Virus record (IMG/VR): IMGVR_UViG_3300005337_000002
DNA length: 64,000 nt
DNA from: a virus
Direction: 5' to 3' (one strand)
The position numbers were made by a program, and so were the translations under genes. Each line of letters starts with the position of its first letter. The stretch's first letter is position 1. Of the stretch, positions 27,197 to 36,263 are shown one piece after another. A model generated the notes under the pieces. The model worked only from the letters and a program-made list of their open reading frames with translations, was not told the DNA's origin and searched no databases.

Positions 27197-28105
27197 CTAT
27201 GCGATGCCTGCGACAAGACTCGTGCTGCAGACACAGCGGCAATTCGGGTGGACGCTGGGAAAGAGGACGGGACCGATCGGGGTTTGAAAGGCCTCGTCCA
27301 GACCCACGCCGTCCGGATTCAGGGCGGGAATGGCCGCACAGATCGCGCAGGCATCCTCGACCACATACCAGTATCGGCGCACCGCGCTCGCACTGATCGG
27401 CCCGCCCTGGGTCGCCTGGCGCGTCGCAAAGTACAGGCCCGCATTGGCAAAGGTCACGCCCTCACTGGTCGCGATCTGTTGCGCTCGCGCTCGCAGCGCC
27501 TGAGAGGTCGCCTGGGCGAGGATCTGCTGGACCTGGCGCACATGCTTGCCCTGGCGCTCCAACCGTCCCTGGAGGAGGGTGAGCGTCTGCTGCTGGCGCG
27601 GGGTGAGCCCAAACGTGTCGCGGATGGCCCGGGTCCGCACGATGAGTGACGCCCCCGCCTCCTGGCCCTCGCGCACGACCTGCGGCACGGTGCGCAGCGT
27701 GGTGGCAGTGATGTCGCGCACCTGCGTGCCCACATACTGCGTCAGCCACTGCTCGACGTCTGGCGTGCCGGCGACAAAGAGGAGCCGCTGTCCAAAGAGC
27801 GCGGTCAGACTGGGAAAGCTGGCCTGGACGCCCTCCACGAGGATCCGTGCGCCCAGGGTCAGCAGATCCCGTCGGGCCGGGCTCGTCACCGCCTGATCCC
27901 AGATCAGCCCCGCCAGGGCACTGATGGCGAGCAGGTTCGGGCTCTCCAGCGCGTCAGGCACCTCGCGGGAGGCATGCAGGCGCGTCCGGGCGTCGCGGAA
28001 CCACTGATACCACTGCGGCCAGAGCGTCTCGCGTGCCCCATCGGCGACGGCGAGCAGGCGCTTCGTCAGGAGCGGGCGTCGGGTCTGCCGTTGGAGCACA
28101 CTCAT
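27197..28105 (-). CDS. Minor head protein (Mu gpF / SPP1 gp7-like)
   Basis: RAQQIATSE, CAIC, HPNCRC; follows portal. Confidence 0.8.
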   Translation of the reverse strand: MSVLQRQTRRPLLTKRLLAVADGARETLWPQWYQWFRDARTRLHASREVPDALESPNLLAISALAGLIWDQAVTSPARRDLLTLGARILVEGVQASFPSLTALFGQRLLFVAGTPDVEQWLTQYVGTQVRDITATTLRTVPQVVREGQEAGASLIVRTRAIRDTFGLTPRQQQTLTLLQGRLERQGKHVRQVQQILAQATSQALRARAQQIATSEGVTFANAGLYFATRQATQGGPISASAVRRYWYVVEDACAICAAIPALNPDGVGLDEAFQTPIGPVLFPSVHPNCRCVCSTSLVAGIA

Positions 28106-29544
28106 GCGGCGGCCGCGCCTGTTCCTGGAGGTTGATCTGCAGCAGGTACGGTCCCTGGGAGTGCCGGCGGGGTGAGTGTCTCATCCACCGGCGCCACTTC
28201 GACCAGCGTCCCCAGTTCCGGCACCTCGGGCAAGCCCACATGCAGCACCCGAAATTCTTCGCGGGTGACCACACTATCCGCCATGCCCGGGCCGGCATAG
28301 GCCGTAAACGCACTCGCCCAGTCTTTCGCAATGGCGGCCCGCTCGGCTTCGCTCAGCGTATGCAATGCCCCCCAGTCCACTTTGTAGGTCGGGGCCTGCC
28401 GGGTCAGGGCGCCCAGGGCCACAAGGCGATCAATCAGGGCCCGTAGCATCGCCCGCTCGGCATAGCGGACCTGGCGGCTGCCCACCCGCCGCTGATAGGC
28501 GTCGTCGTCTTGATTGCCTGCCAGCCGTCCCTCTTCCGTGCCCAGCAAGACGCGCTGGGGGATCGCCCGCGTGCCCGCAATCGATTGGATGAGGACGTTG
28601 AAGTGCTCGCGCGGATTCGCCACCGTGCCCGCCAGCGCCTGCACCTGATAGCCTTCGAGGCCCAAAAAGTCTTTGAGGCCATGCTGAAAGTTTTCGACGT
28701 CCTCTTTCATCTGCTCGCGCACGTCCGGATCCACGCGAAAGCCGTCTTGCTGCGTGATGGTGATGCGCCGCTTGGCATCGCGCCAAAACATTTCGGCACT
28801 GCCGCCGACGACTTTGAGCAGATCAACCAGTTTATTGTAGACGGCTTCCAGCACCGGCAGCCCATAGATATCGTCATCGAGGCGATATTCGCCCGGGATG
28901 TGAATGACCCGCGAGGCATGCACGATGGTGCCTTGGACGCCCTGGTTCGGGCGCCGCAGGAGATCGGTGGGGGTGGCACCGGTATGGAGGAGGTACCTGG
29001 TCGGGCGCTGGTAGTCGGGGCGACTCGCATCGCTGCCAAATTCATGAATCGTGACGTACTCTTCGCTATAGCGCTGGAGAAAGATCACATCGTCAATGCC
29101 CCGCACCCGTTCCGCTTCCAGGCTCAACACCGGCTGATTGCGGAAGCCGAGCAGCAGAATGCTATAGTGGCCCAGGTTCGCCTGAATATCCGCGAGGGGC
29201 AATTGGGTCTGGAGATCGAGCCGCTCGACCAGGCTCTTCCAGTCCTGCTCAAACCGCGTATCCTGCGCCTCTTCGTCATCTTCGCGCACGGTCGGAAACT
29301 GTGCCCAGGTATCTTCCGGGTAGGCATTGACGAGGCGTTGCGCCAGGTCATAGCGCAGATAGGCACGCTTGAAGTCCTGATAGGTGAGGTGATCTTTATA
29401 GCCGAGGACGGCCTCAATATCACGCTCGCCCCGATGCGTCGAGCCGAGGGCATGCGACAGGCCGAGGCGGGAGAACAGGTCGGCCGCATAGGCGCGGAGC
29501 CAACCGCCGGGGATCTGGGTCGTATGCCCGTTGGTCTCCGTCAT
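28102..29544 (-). CDS. Portal protein (DUF1073-like)
   Basis: LAQRLVNAYPEDTW, VHASRVIH, GGSAEMFW, IPQRVLLGTEEG. Confidence 0.85.
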   Translation of the reverse strand: MTETNGHTTQIPGGWLRAYAADLFSRLGLSHALGSTHRGERDIEAVLGYKDHLTYQDFKRAYLRYDLAQRLVNAYPEDTWAQFPTVREDDEEAQDTRFEQDWKSLVERLDLQTQLPLADIQANLGHYSILLLGFRNQPVLSLEAERVRGIDDVIFLQRYSEEYVTIHEFGSDASRPDYQRPTRYLLHTGATPTDLLRRPNQGVQGTIVHASRVIHIPGEYRLDDDIYGLPVLEAVYNKLVDLLKVVGGSAEMFWRDAKRRITITQQDGFRVDPDVREQMKEDVENFQHGLKDFLGLEGYQVQALAGTVANPREHFNVLIQSIAGTRAIPQRVLLGTEEGRLAGNQDDDAYQRRVGSRQVRYAERAMLRALIDRLVALGALTRQAPTYKVDWGALHTLSEAERAAIAKDWASAFTAYAGPGMADSVVTREEFRVLHVGLPEVPELGTLVEVAPVDETLTPPALPGTVPAADQPPGTGAAAA

Positions 29545-30041
29545 GCTGTGTCCCCCTCGCGCCCGTGCCCGAGATGGTGCCGTGCGGGATTGCCCGTGAC
29601 GATGCTGCCCGCCTTGACGTCCCGCGTCACCACGGCTCCGGCGCCAATGACCGCGCCCGCATGCACAATAATACCGGGGAGAATGACCGCATTGCACCCA
29701 ATCACGACGTCATCCTCAATCACGCACGGGGTATGGACTTCCTGGTCTTTGTGGCGCAGCTGCGGCCGTTTACAGTCCAGGATCGAGACGTTCGTGCCGA
29801 CAAACACATAGGCACCCACGACCGTCCCGGCGGCCAGCGTGGCCCCATGCTGCAGATTACAGCCGTCGCCGAGGAGGGCCCGCTGCCCGATGGAGACGGC
29901 GTCGCCGATCGTACAGCCTTTCCCCAGACTCGCCCCCGCCAGGATCACGGCATGGTGCCAGACCTTGGTGCCGTCCCCGAGATTGACGGTGTGATGGACG
30001 ACGGCGGACGGGGCAATAAAGACGTCGTAGGCCTCAGGCAT
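29541..30041 (-). CDS. Hexapeptide-repeat acyltransferase (WbpD/QdtC-like)
   Basis: LbH repeats; IGAGAVVTRDV..VTGNPAR. Confidence 0.85.
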   Translation of the reverse strand: MPEAYDVFIAPSAVVHHTVNLGDGTKVWHHAVILAGASLGKGCTIGDAVSIGQRALLGDGCNLQHGATLAAGTVVGAYVFVGTNVSILDCKRPQLRHKDQEVHTPCVIEDDVVIGCNAVILPGIIVHAGAVIGAGAVVTRDVKAGSIVTGNPARHHLGHGREGDTA

Positions 30042-30051
30042 CGGCGCATCC

Positions 30052-30765
30052 TCATGTCATGGCGTGGTATGGTTCGTCCTTGAGCACCTGGCGCTCATCC
30101 ATAAAGAGATATCCGAGGTCTTCTTGGGACCAGACGCGGACCCCATAGTTGCCTTGGGTATCTTGCGTCGGGAACACCGCCGCGGGAATACAGTGCCCAA
30201 TGCGAATATCGAGATCGACCCAGGGCTGAAACCCGGCCTTGCGGCATTTGGAGAACGCGTAGAGATCCTCGTGCGGGGCGGTGCGTTTGCCCGGCATGCA
30301 TTCATAGAACGGCATGCCGATGGTGTCGATCACCTCACGACGAATGACACAAAAAGGACCGCCATAGCTATCGACCGGTAGCAAGCCCGTCTTCCCCGCC
30401 AGTTCCCCCCAGCGGTAACTCCGAAACTCCCCGTTGGGCAACTCATGGAAGAGGGAGGGATGATAGCCACGACTGCGGAGGCATACAAGAGGAGCCACAA
30501 TGGGGACGTGATGGTCGAGGAGTTTGAGGATGAGATCCGGCTCGACAATGTGATCATCCGCGGCGATAACCAGCCACTCGTCCTCCGGTCGCATCTGCGC
30601 CACGCAACTATTGACCGCATCGGCGACCCACTGCCCGCTGACATGCACAATCTGCGTGCCCGGCGGCAGGCATTGCCCCATCGCCAGCATCGCATCAAAA
30701 AACCAGCCCCAGCGCATGAGATCACCACTGAGGACGCCAATGGTGCCGGGTGGGTGGTCAGTCAC
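30052..30765 (-). CDS. GT-A fold glycosyltransferase
   Basis: ADDH (DxD-like), FCVIRREV, HEDLYAF, VDLDIRIGH. Confidence 0.7.
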   Translation of the reverse strand: MTDHPPGTIGVLSGDLMRWGWFFDAMLAMGQCLPPGTQIVHVSGQWVADAVNSCVAQMRPEDEWLVIAADDHIVEPDLILKLLDHHVPIVAPLVCLRSRGYHPSLFHELPNGEFRSYRWGELAGKTGLLPVDSYGGPFCVIRREVIDTIGMPFYECMPGKRTAPHEDLYAFSKCRKAGFQPWVDLDIRIGHCIPAAVFPTQDTQGNYGVRVWSQEDLGYLFMDERQVLKDEPYHAMT

Positions 30766-30773
30766 GGTGTTTC

Positions 30774-31085
30774 CTACCCTTCAATCTCGACAAACGCACT
30801 TTTCTCCCCCGTCGCATATTCGGTGCGCAATTGATAGACCCAGGGCGCTTCCTCGTGCCGAAGATGGATGAAGATGCGGACTCCTGCCTCGCCATACTCT
30901 GCGGCCTGCGTCACGACCCCCAGGAGTCGCGGGCCCGCCGAGTCATAGATCGATGCGCCCCAGACTTCCGTGCGGTCCTGGCCCTCCCCGTTCGCAGGGC
31001 TGCGCCATCGGAGGAGGACATTGTGGGCGGCACTCATCTGGAGCGTGAGATCGGTCGGCGGCTGGAGGTCGAGCGCTTCAGCCAT
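30774..31085 (-). CDS. Hypothetical protein
   Basis: GGAG RBS before MAEALD. Confidence 0.45.
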   Translation of the reverse strand: MAEALDLQPPTDLTLQMSAAHNVLLRWRSPANGEGQDRTEVWGASIYDSAGPRLLGVVTQAAEYGEAGVRIFIHLRHEEAPWVYQLRTEYATGEKSAFVEIEG

Positions 31086-31308
31086 GCTGCTGCTCCAGTG
31101 CCAGCGCCTGCCGTGCCGCGCCCCACAAGCGCAGGGCACGCAAAAAGTGTGCCGGCGTCCACGGCGCCTCGCGGGTCGCCAGCTCTCGACAGGCGTGCAG
31201 AAAGAGGCGCTCGGCACGGGCGCAGACACGGGTGAGGGCCTCGACATCATTGATGGCGCAGGTCGCCGGAGGCCGTGTGTCTTCCACCCTTTCTCCTCCT
31301 CGACAGTC

Positions 31309-31800
31309 TTAGGCAAACAACGGCAAGGTATGCGTCGCTGCAGCGAGTGTAGCACAGAATGTCAAGATGCGCTCAAGGCTCGCGTGTGTCCCGTCCCAGC
31401 TGCCCGCATAGGATGGCCCGGGTCCGCGCACCGGCGCGTGAAACGACACCTGGCCCTCGTGCGGCAACTCGACGTAGAGGACCTGCGCATACCACGGCTG
31501 CGCGGCATCCTGCGCCCACCCCCAGACGAGGGGCAGGGCGGTCGGCTCGGCGAGCAGGAGCATACAGACGGCGGTGAGGGCCGCTTGCTTGCGCGCGTAG
31601 GCGAGATCGCGATAGCGGGGCCCGGTGCCGTTCCCGCTGCGCCCGCGATACTGCTTGGCACGCGCCGAGGCTTTGCAAGCGCGAAAGAGGGCAGCGGCCA
31701 GGCGCCCGTCGGGGCCGAGGGAAGCGAGCGTGGCAAGATAGCGGCGGGTTTGAGCCGCATCACTGCCGTGGTAGACCGTGGCGGCATCGAGCAGCGGCAT
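31309..31800 (-). CDS. Hypothetical phage protein
   Basis: GAAGGA RBS; VLYVELP.GQVSFH..WDG. Confidence 0.6.
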   Translation of the reverse strand: MPLLDAATVYHGSDAAQTRRYLATLASLGPDGRLAAALFRACKASARAKQYRGRSGNGTGPRYRDLAYARKQAALTAVCMLLLAEPTALPLVWGWAQDAAQPWYAQVLYVELPHEGQVSFHAPVRGPGPSYAGSWDGTHASLERILTFCATLAAATHTLPLFA

Positions 31801-31818
31801 GGTGCGTTCCTTCGCAGC

Positions 31819-32172
31819 CTACGTGCGGGATGCCCGAAACACGACATAGGAACTGTCGCGCACACACTGCATAATCGCCGGCACTTCTTCAGCAAACCGC
31901 TTCAGGGCCGCACTATCCCAGGTTTCTTTGTGGCAATAACTCGCCGTACATCCTTCCACCTTGATGGTGCGCTGAGCCGCAAGCAGGAGGGGGCGAAGTT
32001 GCGCCTGGAGCGTGTCAATGTGAAAGGTTATAGCGGAAGTCGCATCAGCGCGAGCAATTTCCAGACTGCGGATCTGGGTATCATAGGGAGCAGCAATGGC
32101 ATGTACCTGCGCATAGAGGGCCGCGAGTTCCTGGAGGGATTGCAGCATCGCGGTCTCGTCATGGGGTGTCAT
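31819..32172 (-). CDS. Gam/Gp157-like helical protein
   Basis: Helical N-terminus plus WDxxAL; paralog of 54693-55109. Confidence 0.5.
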   Translation of the reverse strand: MTPHDETAMLQSLQELAALYAQVHAIAAPYDTQIRSLEIARADATSAITFHIDTLQAQLRPLLLAAQRTIKVEGCTASYCHKETWDSAALKRFAEEVPAIMQCVRDSSYVVFRASRT

Positions 32173-32927
32173 ACCTGCACCTCCTGGGCAAGAAACACGT
32201 CAATCACGTCGGCAATCACCGCGTCGCGCCCATAATCTGCTGCGAGGGTACGTAAATTGTCTAAAGCATCGGCCATATCTTGTCGCTTTCGGGCTGTACG
32301 CGCTTCTGCATCCCGTCGCGCTTTCTCGGCGTCTTCTCGGTCGCGCTGGGCCTGCAACCACGCAAAGAAGGCATGTCGATCACTATCCAAGGCTTGTTTG
32401 GGGGTTAGGCTACACTCAGTGTCAGCACAAAAGGCATTCCACCATTTATAAAACGTTGGCCTGGGAATGTTTGTTTTTTGTATAAACTCGACAAACCAAT
32501 TATTTATCTCACTGAGACAAGGAGACATTTCTGCCAATTTAGACAAAAGCTGCCCAACCTCTGCAGCATACGCCTTCCGCTGGGCTTGGGTTAAATCCTT
32601 GCGTGCGCTATTTTCCTGTAACTCAATCAGCGCATATTCCTCATCCGTCAGCCCTGCTGGCAAGAGATAGGCCTCAATCTCTTGCCAGCCCAGTAACGCA
32701 CACGCTTCAAGACGATGCGCCCCAAAGACTAAATCGACAACCCCGTCCTGCAGATCCTCCTCCTCGTCCGAAGGCGCCTTCACCCCAATAGGCTGTAAGA
32801 GTCCATGCCGTTCAATGCTTTGCGCAATGTCTCGCACACTGGCGGTATCGACAGGGCGCCGACGGGGGCCAATACGAACAGCCGCAATGTCTACCGTGAC
32901 AAGCTCTATTCTACGATCCTCCATCAA
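32169..32927 (-). CDS. ParB N-terminal domain protein
   Basis: IAQSIERHGLLQPIGV..GAHRLEA..ENSARKDL. Confidence 0.8.
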   Translation of the reverse strand: MMEDRRIELVTVDIAAVRIGPRRRPVDTASVRDIAQSIERHGLLQPIGVKAPSDEEEDLQDGVVDLVFGAHRLEACALLGWQEIEAYLLPAGLTDEEYALIELQENSARKDLTQAQRKAYAAEVGQLLSKLAEMSPCLSEINNWFVEFIQKTNIPRPTFYKWWNAFCADTECSLTPKQALDSDRHAFFAWLQAQRDREDAEKARRDAEARTARKRQDMADALDNLRTLAADYGRDAVIADVIDVFLAQEVQV

Positions 32928-33481
32928 AACAACCCCTTATTCATGCGCGAGAACAGGTCATCTGAGGAGATAATCACCAGCAGCCGATCATTCTCTAGCG
33001 ACTTATAGTAATCCAGATAACTCTTGCTAAATCCAGGGCCATTTAAAATGACAATCGCCCGATATGGGCTGGCCAGCAAAGACTCAATGATCAGCCGCAC
33101 CTTGGCCTCTGCAGACCCGCTGACTTGCTGCCATTTACATTCAAGCAAACACCCCTCAGGATATTTCGTGGGGTGCCAGATGAGAAAATCAGGAATGAGG
33201 AGGGTGTGGGTCACAGAGCGCAACCCACTTGTGCGCCACTGATGAATAAAAAAGGGCACAGTACGGCGATCTGGGAGCTCTCGTACTTGCTGATAGCCGC
33301 ACCGTTGCAGCCGATCGAGGACCCGATACTCCAAATCTTCCCCGTTCTTATTTGCCTGGCGCCCGGGCGTCATGCCTGCGTGGCGGACGATCTGTGACTC
33401 CGGCTCGACACGTGCCTCGCGGGATTCTTGGGACATCTCATGCGCAAAGACTTCCTGGCCGACATCCTCCTCAGCAGCCAT
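32924..33481 (-). CDS. PD-(D/E)xK nuclease
   Basis: PDFL..LECKWQQVSGSAEAK. Confidence 0.75.
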   Translation of the reverse strand: MAAEEDVGQEVFAHEMSQESREARVEPESQIVRHAGMTPGRQANKNGEDLEYRVLDRLQRCGYQQVRELPDRRTVPFFIHQWRTSGLRSVTHTLLIPDFLIWHPTKYPEGCLLECKWQQVSGSAEAKVRLIIESLLASPYRAIVILNGPGFSKSYLDYYKSLENDRLLVIISSDDLFSRMNKGLF

Positions 33482-34106
33482 GCGGCACCTCCGGGAGACG
33501 CAGGGTAAACCCAACTGACGTAAAGGTCTCAAGAAACGCGGGGGTTTGCGGACAGCGCGGGGCCAGATAGAAAAAGACCTGCCCGCGGGTATTCCCGCCA
33601 ATCGCTTTCCCATCGGGTGAGGTAAAGGCAATCCGCTGCCGGGGAAAACAGAGCGCGACGGCGAGGTGGCAGAGCAGCTGAAACCACCGCGTTTCGGTAG
33701 CATTGTTGACCAGCACAATGGCTTGCGCCACATCCCCCTGCGCACAGGCCTTCGCAAGCACCTCAACGGCCTGAGTGATGAGCGGCATTCCATAGGGCGG
33801 ATTCATCCAGACATTCACCCCGGTGGGATACTGCCGTTTCTGCATGGGATTGCGCCAGGCGCGATCCAATGCAGACGTGCACGGATCAAAGTAATAGGCC
33901 GCCTGTACCACCTCATTGGCAACATGGGACGAAAAGGGGTCGAGGTCAATACTCCCCATCACTGTTCGTGCCCGCTCAATAAAGCACGCGGGAGTATACC
34001 ATTCATCGCTATCGCGTACTGGCGTGCCTGGCTGGCGCCCCACATACCCAAGATGCCTCTTATTCGCCTGCGAGCCCGCCGCAAAAGAGAGCGCCATCTG
34101 TCCCAT
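33471..34106 (-). CDS. Phage DNA N6-adenine methyltransferase (Dam-like)
   Basis: DEWYTP, IDLDPFS, WMNPPY, LVNNATETRWFQ. Confidence 0.85.
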   Translation of the reverse strand: MGQMALSFAAGSQANKRHLGYVGRQPGTPVRDSDEWYTPACFIERARTVMGSIDLDPFSSHVANEVVQAAYYFDPCTSALDRAWRNPMQKRQYPTGVNVWMNPPYGMPLITQAVEVLAKACAQGDVAQAIVLVNNATETRWFQLLCHLAVALCFPRQRIAFTSPDGKAIGGNTRGQVFFYLAPRCPQTPAFLETFTSVGFTLRLPEVPHGC

Positions 34107-34134
34107 CCTTTCTCTATCACGTCGCATAGGCTCT

Positions 34135-34290
34135 CTAGTCCTTACCAGACCTGCGTTGACGCGCACGCGTTGCCAGCCATTCATCAATGAGCCGTCGCAT
34201 CAGCTCCGCAAACTTCAGGCCCGTCTCGCGCGAGGCCTGCTGTAAGCCCACAATTTCCTGGTCCGTCAGGTAGAGGGTGACACGTTTCAT
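34135..34290 (-). CDS. Ribbon-helix-helix regulator
   Basis: MKRVTLYLT..ETGLKFAELMRRLIDEWL. Confidence 0.75.
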   Translation of the reverse strand: MKRVTLYLTDQEIVGLQQASRETGLKFAELMRRLIDEWLATRARQRRSGKD

Positions 34291-34342
34291 GTACACAAGT
34301 ATGGCAGGCGTGGGGCGAACTGGCAAGCAGAACGATGGCGCT

Positions 34343-34624
34343 TTAGTCCTGCTGCGGTATCGGGGGATGGACGAAAAAGCCCGTGGGGCCGGTCGGGCGC
34401 GTCGGAATGCCAATCCGGGCACACAGCCGCGCTTCCTGCCCCGTCACGTCCATGGTGGCACCCTGGAGCAGATTGGCGCCGAGGGGGAGCGCAAAGACGA
34501 GGGGCCGGCCGCAGGTGGCACACACCGCGCGCAGATCGAGCATGCACGCGAGACTCTCCCCGTCTTGCGTGTCGGCGAGGCGATGAATCTGCACCGTGGC
34601 GTCAAAGGTCAGGTGGTCGCACAT
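34343..34624 (-). CDS. Hypothetical zinc-binding protein
   Basis: AAGGAG RBS; CATC. Confidence 0.5.
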   Translation of the reverse strand: MCDHLTFDATVQIHRLADTQDGESLACMLDLRAVCATCGRPLVFALPLGANLLQGATMDVTGQEARLCARIGIPTRPTGPTGFFVHPPIPQQD

Positions 34625-34719
34625 GCGCGGAGGCTCCTTGTGCATGGGGCATGGTCCATGGGACGTACAAAGGTAGCCCAGCGAGGGCGACGACGCAAGG
34701 CACGGGACGCACAAGAGGT

Positions 34720-34941
34720 CTAGTCGCTGTTTTTGCGCAGCACGACCTCACCGGTGTCCAGCACGACGAGTGCCACATGCCCGGCCAGCGCCAGATCGAG
34801 CATCGCCTGTTCGGTGCGAATGCCGTTGGCCCAGGCGAGGACATGCCGGGCATCTTCCTCCGTAAACGGGCTTCCCGCTCTCGCCAGTGCCAAGGTCAGT
34901 TGGATCGCTTCGGTCTTCGTGACCAACTGTGCAGGGACCAT
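34720..34941 (-). CDS. Hypothetical protein
   Basis: GAGG RBS. Confidence 0.45.
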   Translation of the reverse strand: MVPAQLVTKTEAIQLTLALARAGSPFTEEDARHVLAWANGIRTEQAMLDLALAGHVALVVLDTGEVVLRKNSD

Positions 34942-34943
34942 CC

Positions 34944-35375
34944 TCACTTCCCTTCTGTCTTCGGTTGTGTTCTTTCCCGCTGCCGCTGGATGGCGGGCAG
35001 CCATTGCGCATAGAGCTGCGCATAGGCCCCCTTGGGCATCTGTCTCCGGAGTCGACGCGACAGATCCCCGAACGACCGTAGCGTCGTATCGGTCCCCAAC
35101 ACCCATCCCATCGGGTACCACCCCCAGGCGAGCGCGACGCCTGCGCGGCACAAGGCATCCTCCAGGCGCGCACAGCGCTTGTGCAGATACCAGTAGTCAC
35201 CGGCGGCCAGGCCCTTCCCCGGCGCCGGTCGCCGGTCAAAGGTGAAGTTGACGGCCTCTACCGTCCGCTGGCCCAGGGTGAAAATGTCTACCGGTGCGCG
35301 ACAACAGCTACAGACCAGGGCCGTCGTCGGTTCCCAGCGCACGTTCATACCGCTCCGTAAGGTCAAGAGTGCCAT
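34944..35375 (-). CDS. Hypothetical protein
   Basis: GAGGGAG RBS; CSCC..HKRC. Confidence 0.5.
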   Translation of the reverse strand: MALLTLRSGMNVRWEPTTALVCSCCRAPVDIFTLGQRTVEAVNFTFDRRPAPGKGLAAGDYWYLHKRCARLEDALCRAGVALAWGWYPMGWVLGTDTTLRSFGDLSRRLRRQMPKGAYAQLYAQWLPAIQRQRERTQPKTEGK

Positions 35376-35414
35376 AGGTCTCCCTCATGTGTAAGACGCG
35401 CGTCTTTTTTATCT

Positions 35415-35727
35415 CGCGCAAGACGGCTTCACATGCCTATGCGCGCGCGTGAAGAAGTCTTATGCGCGCGCAAGACGGCTTCACACGCGCGCGCATGTGT
35501 GAAGTGATCTACGCGCAGTAGGCGATCCGCAGGGTGTGTCTATACTGTCTAGCTGTACAGTTGAATGTTTAACGTGTCTGACACGAGACAGCACGCGAGC
35601 ACTGTCTATGATTTACAGTTGAGCTAGACACTGTGACACTCAGACATGATAGACACCTCATCCCTGCTCCCCCCTTCTTTTCCTGTCTATGATTTACAGT
35701 TGAGCTAGACACTGTGACACTCAGACA
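35415..35727. repeat. Direct repeats, putative replication origin
   Basis: 45-bp perfect repeat at 35602-35646 and 35683-35727; 19-bp repeat at 35415-35433 and 35467-35485; non-coding, downstream of replication genes. Confidence 0.75.
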
Positions 35728-35741
35728 GCATAGACGTGGGT

Positions 35742-36263
35742 TTACGCTACTCCTGTCAGAGAAAAGACAACAGTTCTGCCGCGACGAGCACATGTGACAG
35801 TGCCGCTGTTTTCCAACTGGGTAAAGATCGTCTTAATGTCCTTGGCACTTGCGCCAAAGAGATGCCGTTGGATGCTGCGCACAGTGAAACTTTGCTCTTT
35901 CTTGAGTAACGCGAGCATCCGCTCTTCAAGCGTTGCCACCGCTCGTATCGGAATAATGCGGGGCATGCGTTGCCCTTGCCCAAGTGCAGGGACAGCGGGG
36001 GATACGCTTACGGCAGGCCACTGTTCCAAGACTTCTTGGGAAAGCTCAAACCATTCACCCCGTGCGTGAAATCCCGCATAGCGAGATTTTAATACTTGCT
36101 CCATCGTATCCATATCCTTTACCAGTTCTGCATATAAGAGTCGCACAGGGAAAGGCATCCCTGAGCCAAGTTGCTGGATACGGCGCGATACATGCGTCGT
36201 TTTTCCAACCTTGATATAGCATGTACCAACAGCATGCACGATATAGACATAGCCCGCTTGCAT
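35742..36263 (-). CDS. GIY-YIG (T5orf172/MUG113-like) nuclease with C-terminal winged helix
   Basis: GYVYIV..YIKVG.T..RR..E..RGEWF. Confidence 0.8.
   Translation of the reverse strand: MQAGYVYIVHAVGTCYIKVGKTTHVSRRIQQLGSGMPFPVRLLYAELVKDMDTMEQVLKSRYAGFHARGEWFELSQEVLEQWPAVSVSPAVPALGQGQRMPRIIPIRAVATLEERMLALLKKEQSFTVRSIQRHLFGASAKDIKTIFTQLENSGTVTCARRGRTVVFSLTGVA

Noticed and set aside
12741-29811. Long plus-strand ORFs (e.g. 12741-14429, 20029-21003, 21549-23318, 28510-29811)
   Set aside because: Antisense shadows of GC-rich minus-strand genes with no recognisable motifs
35602-35727. Mini CRISPR array (45-bp repeat, 36-bp spacer)
   Set aside because: Only two repeats, low-complexity pyrimidine spacer, no cas genes; replication context favours iterons
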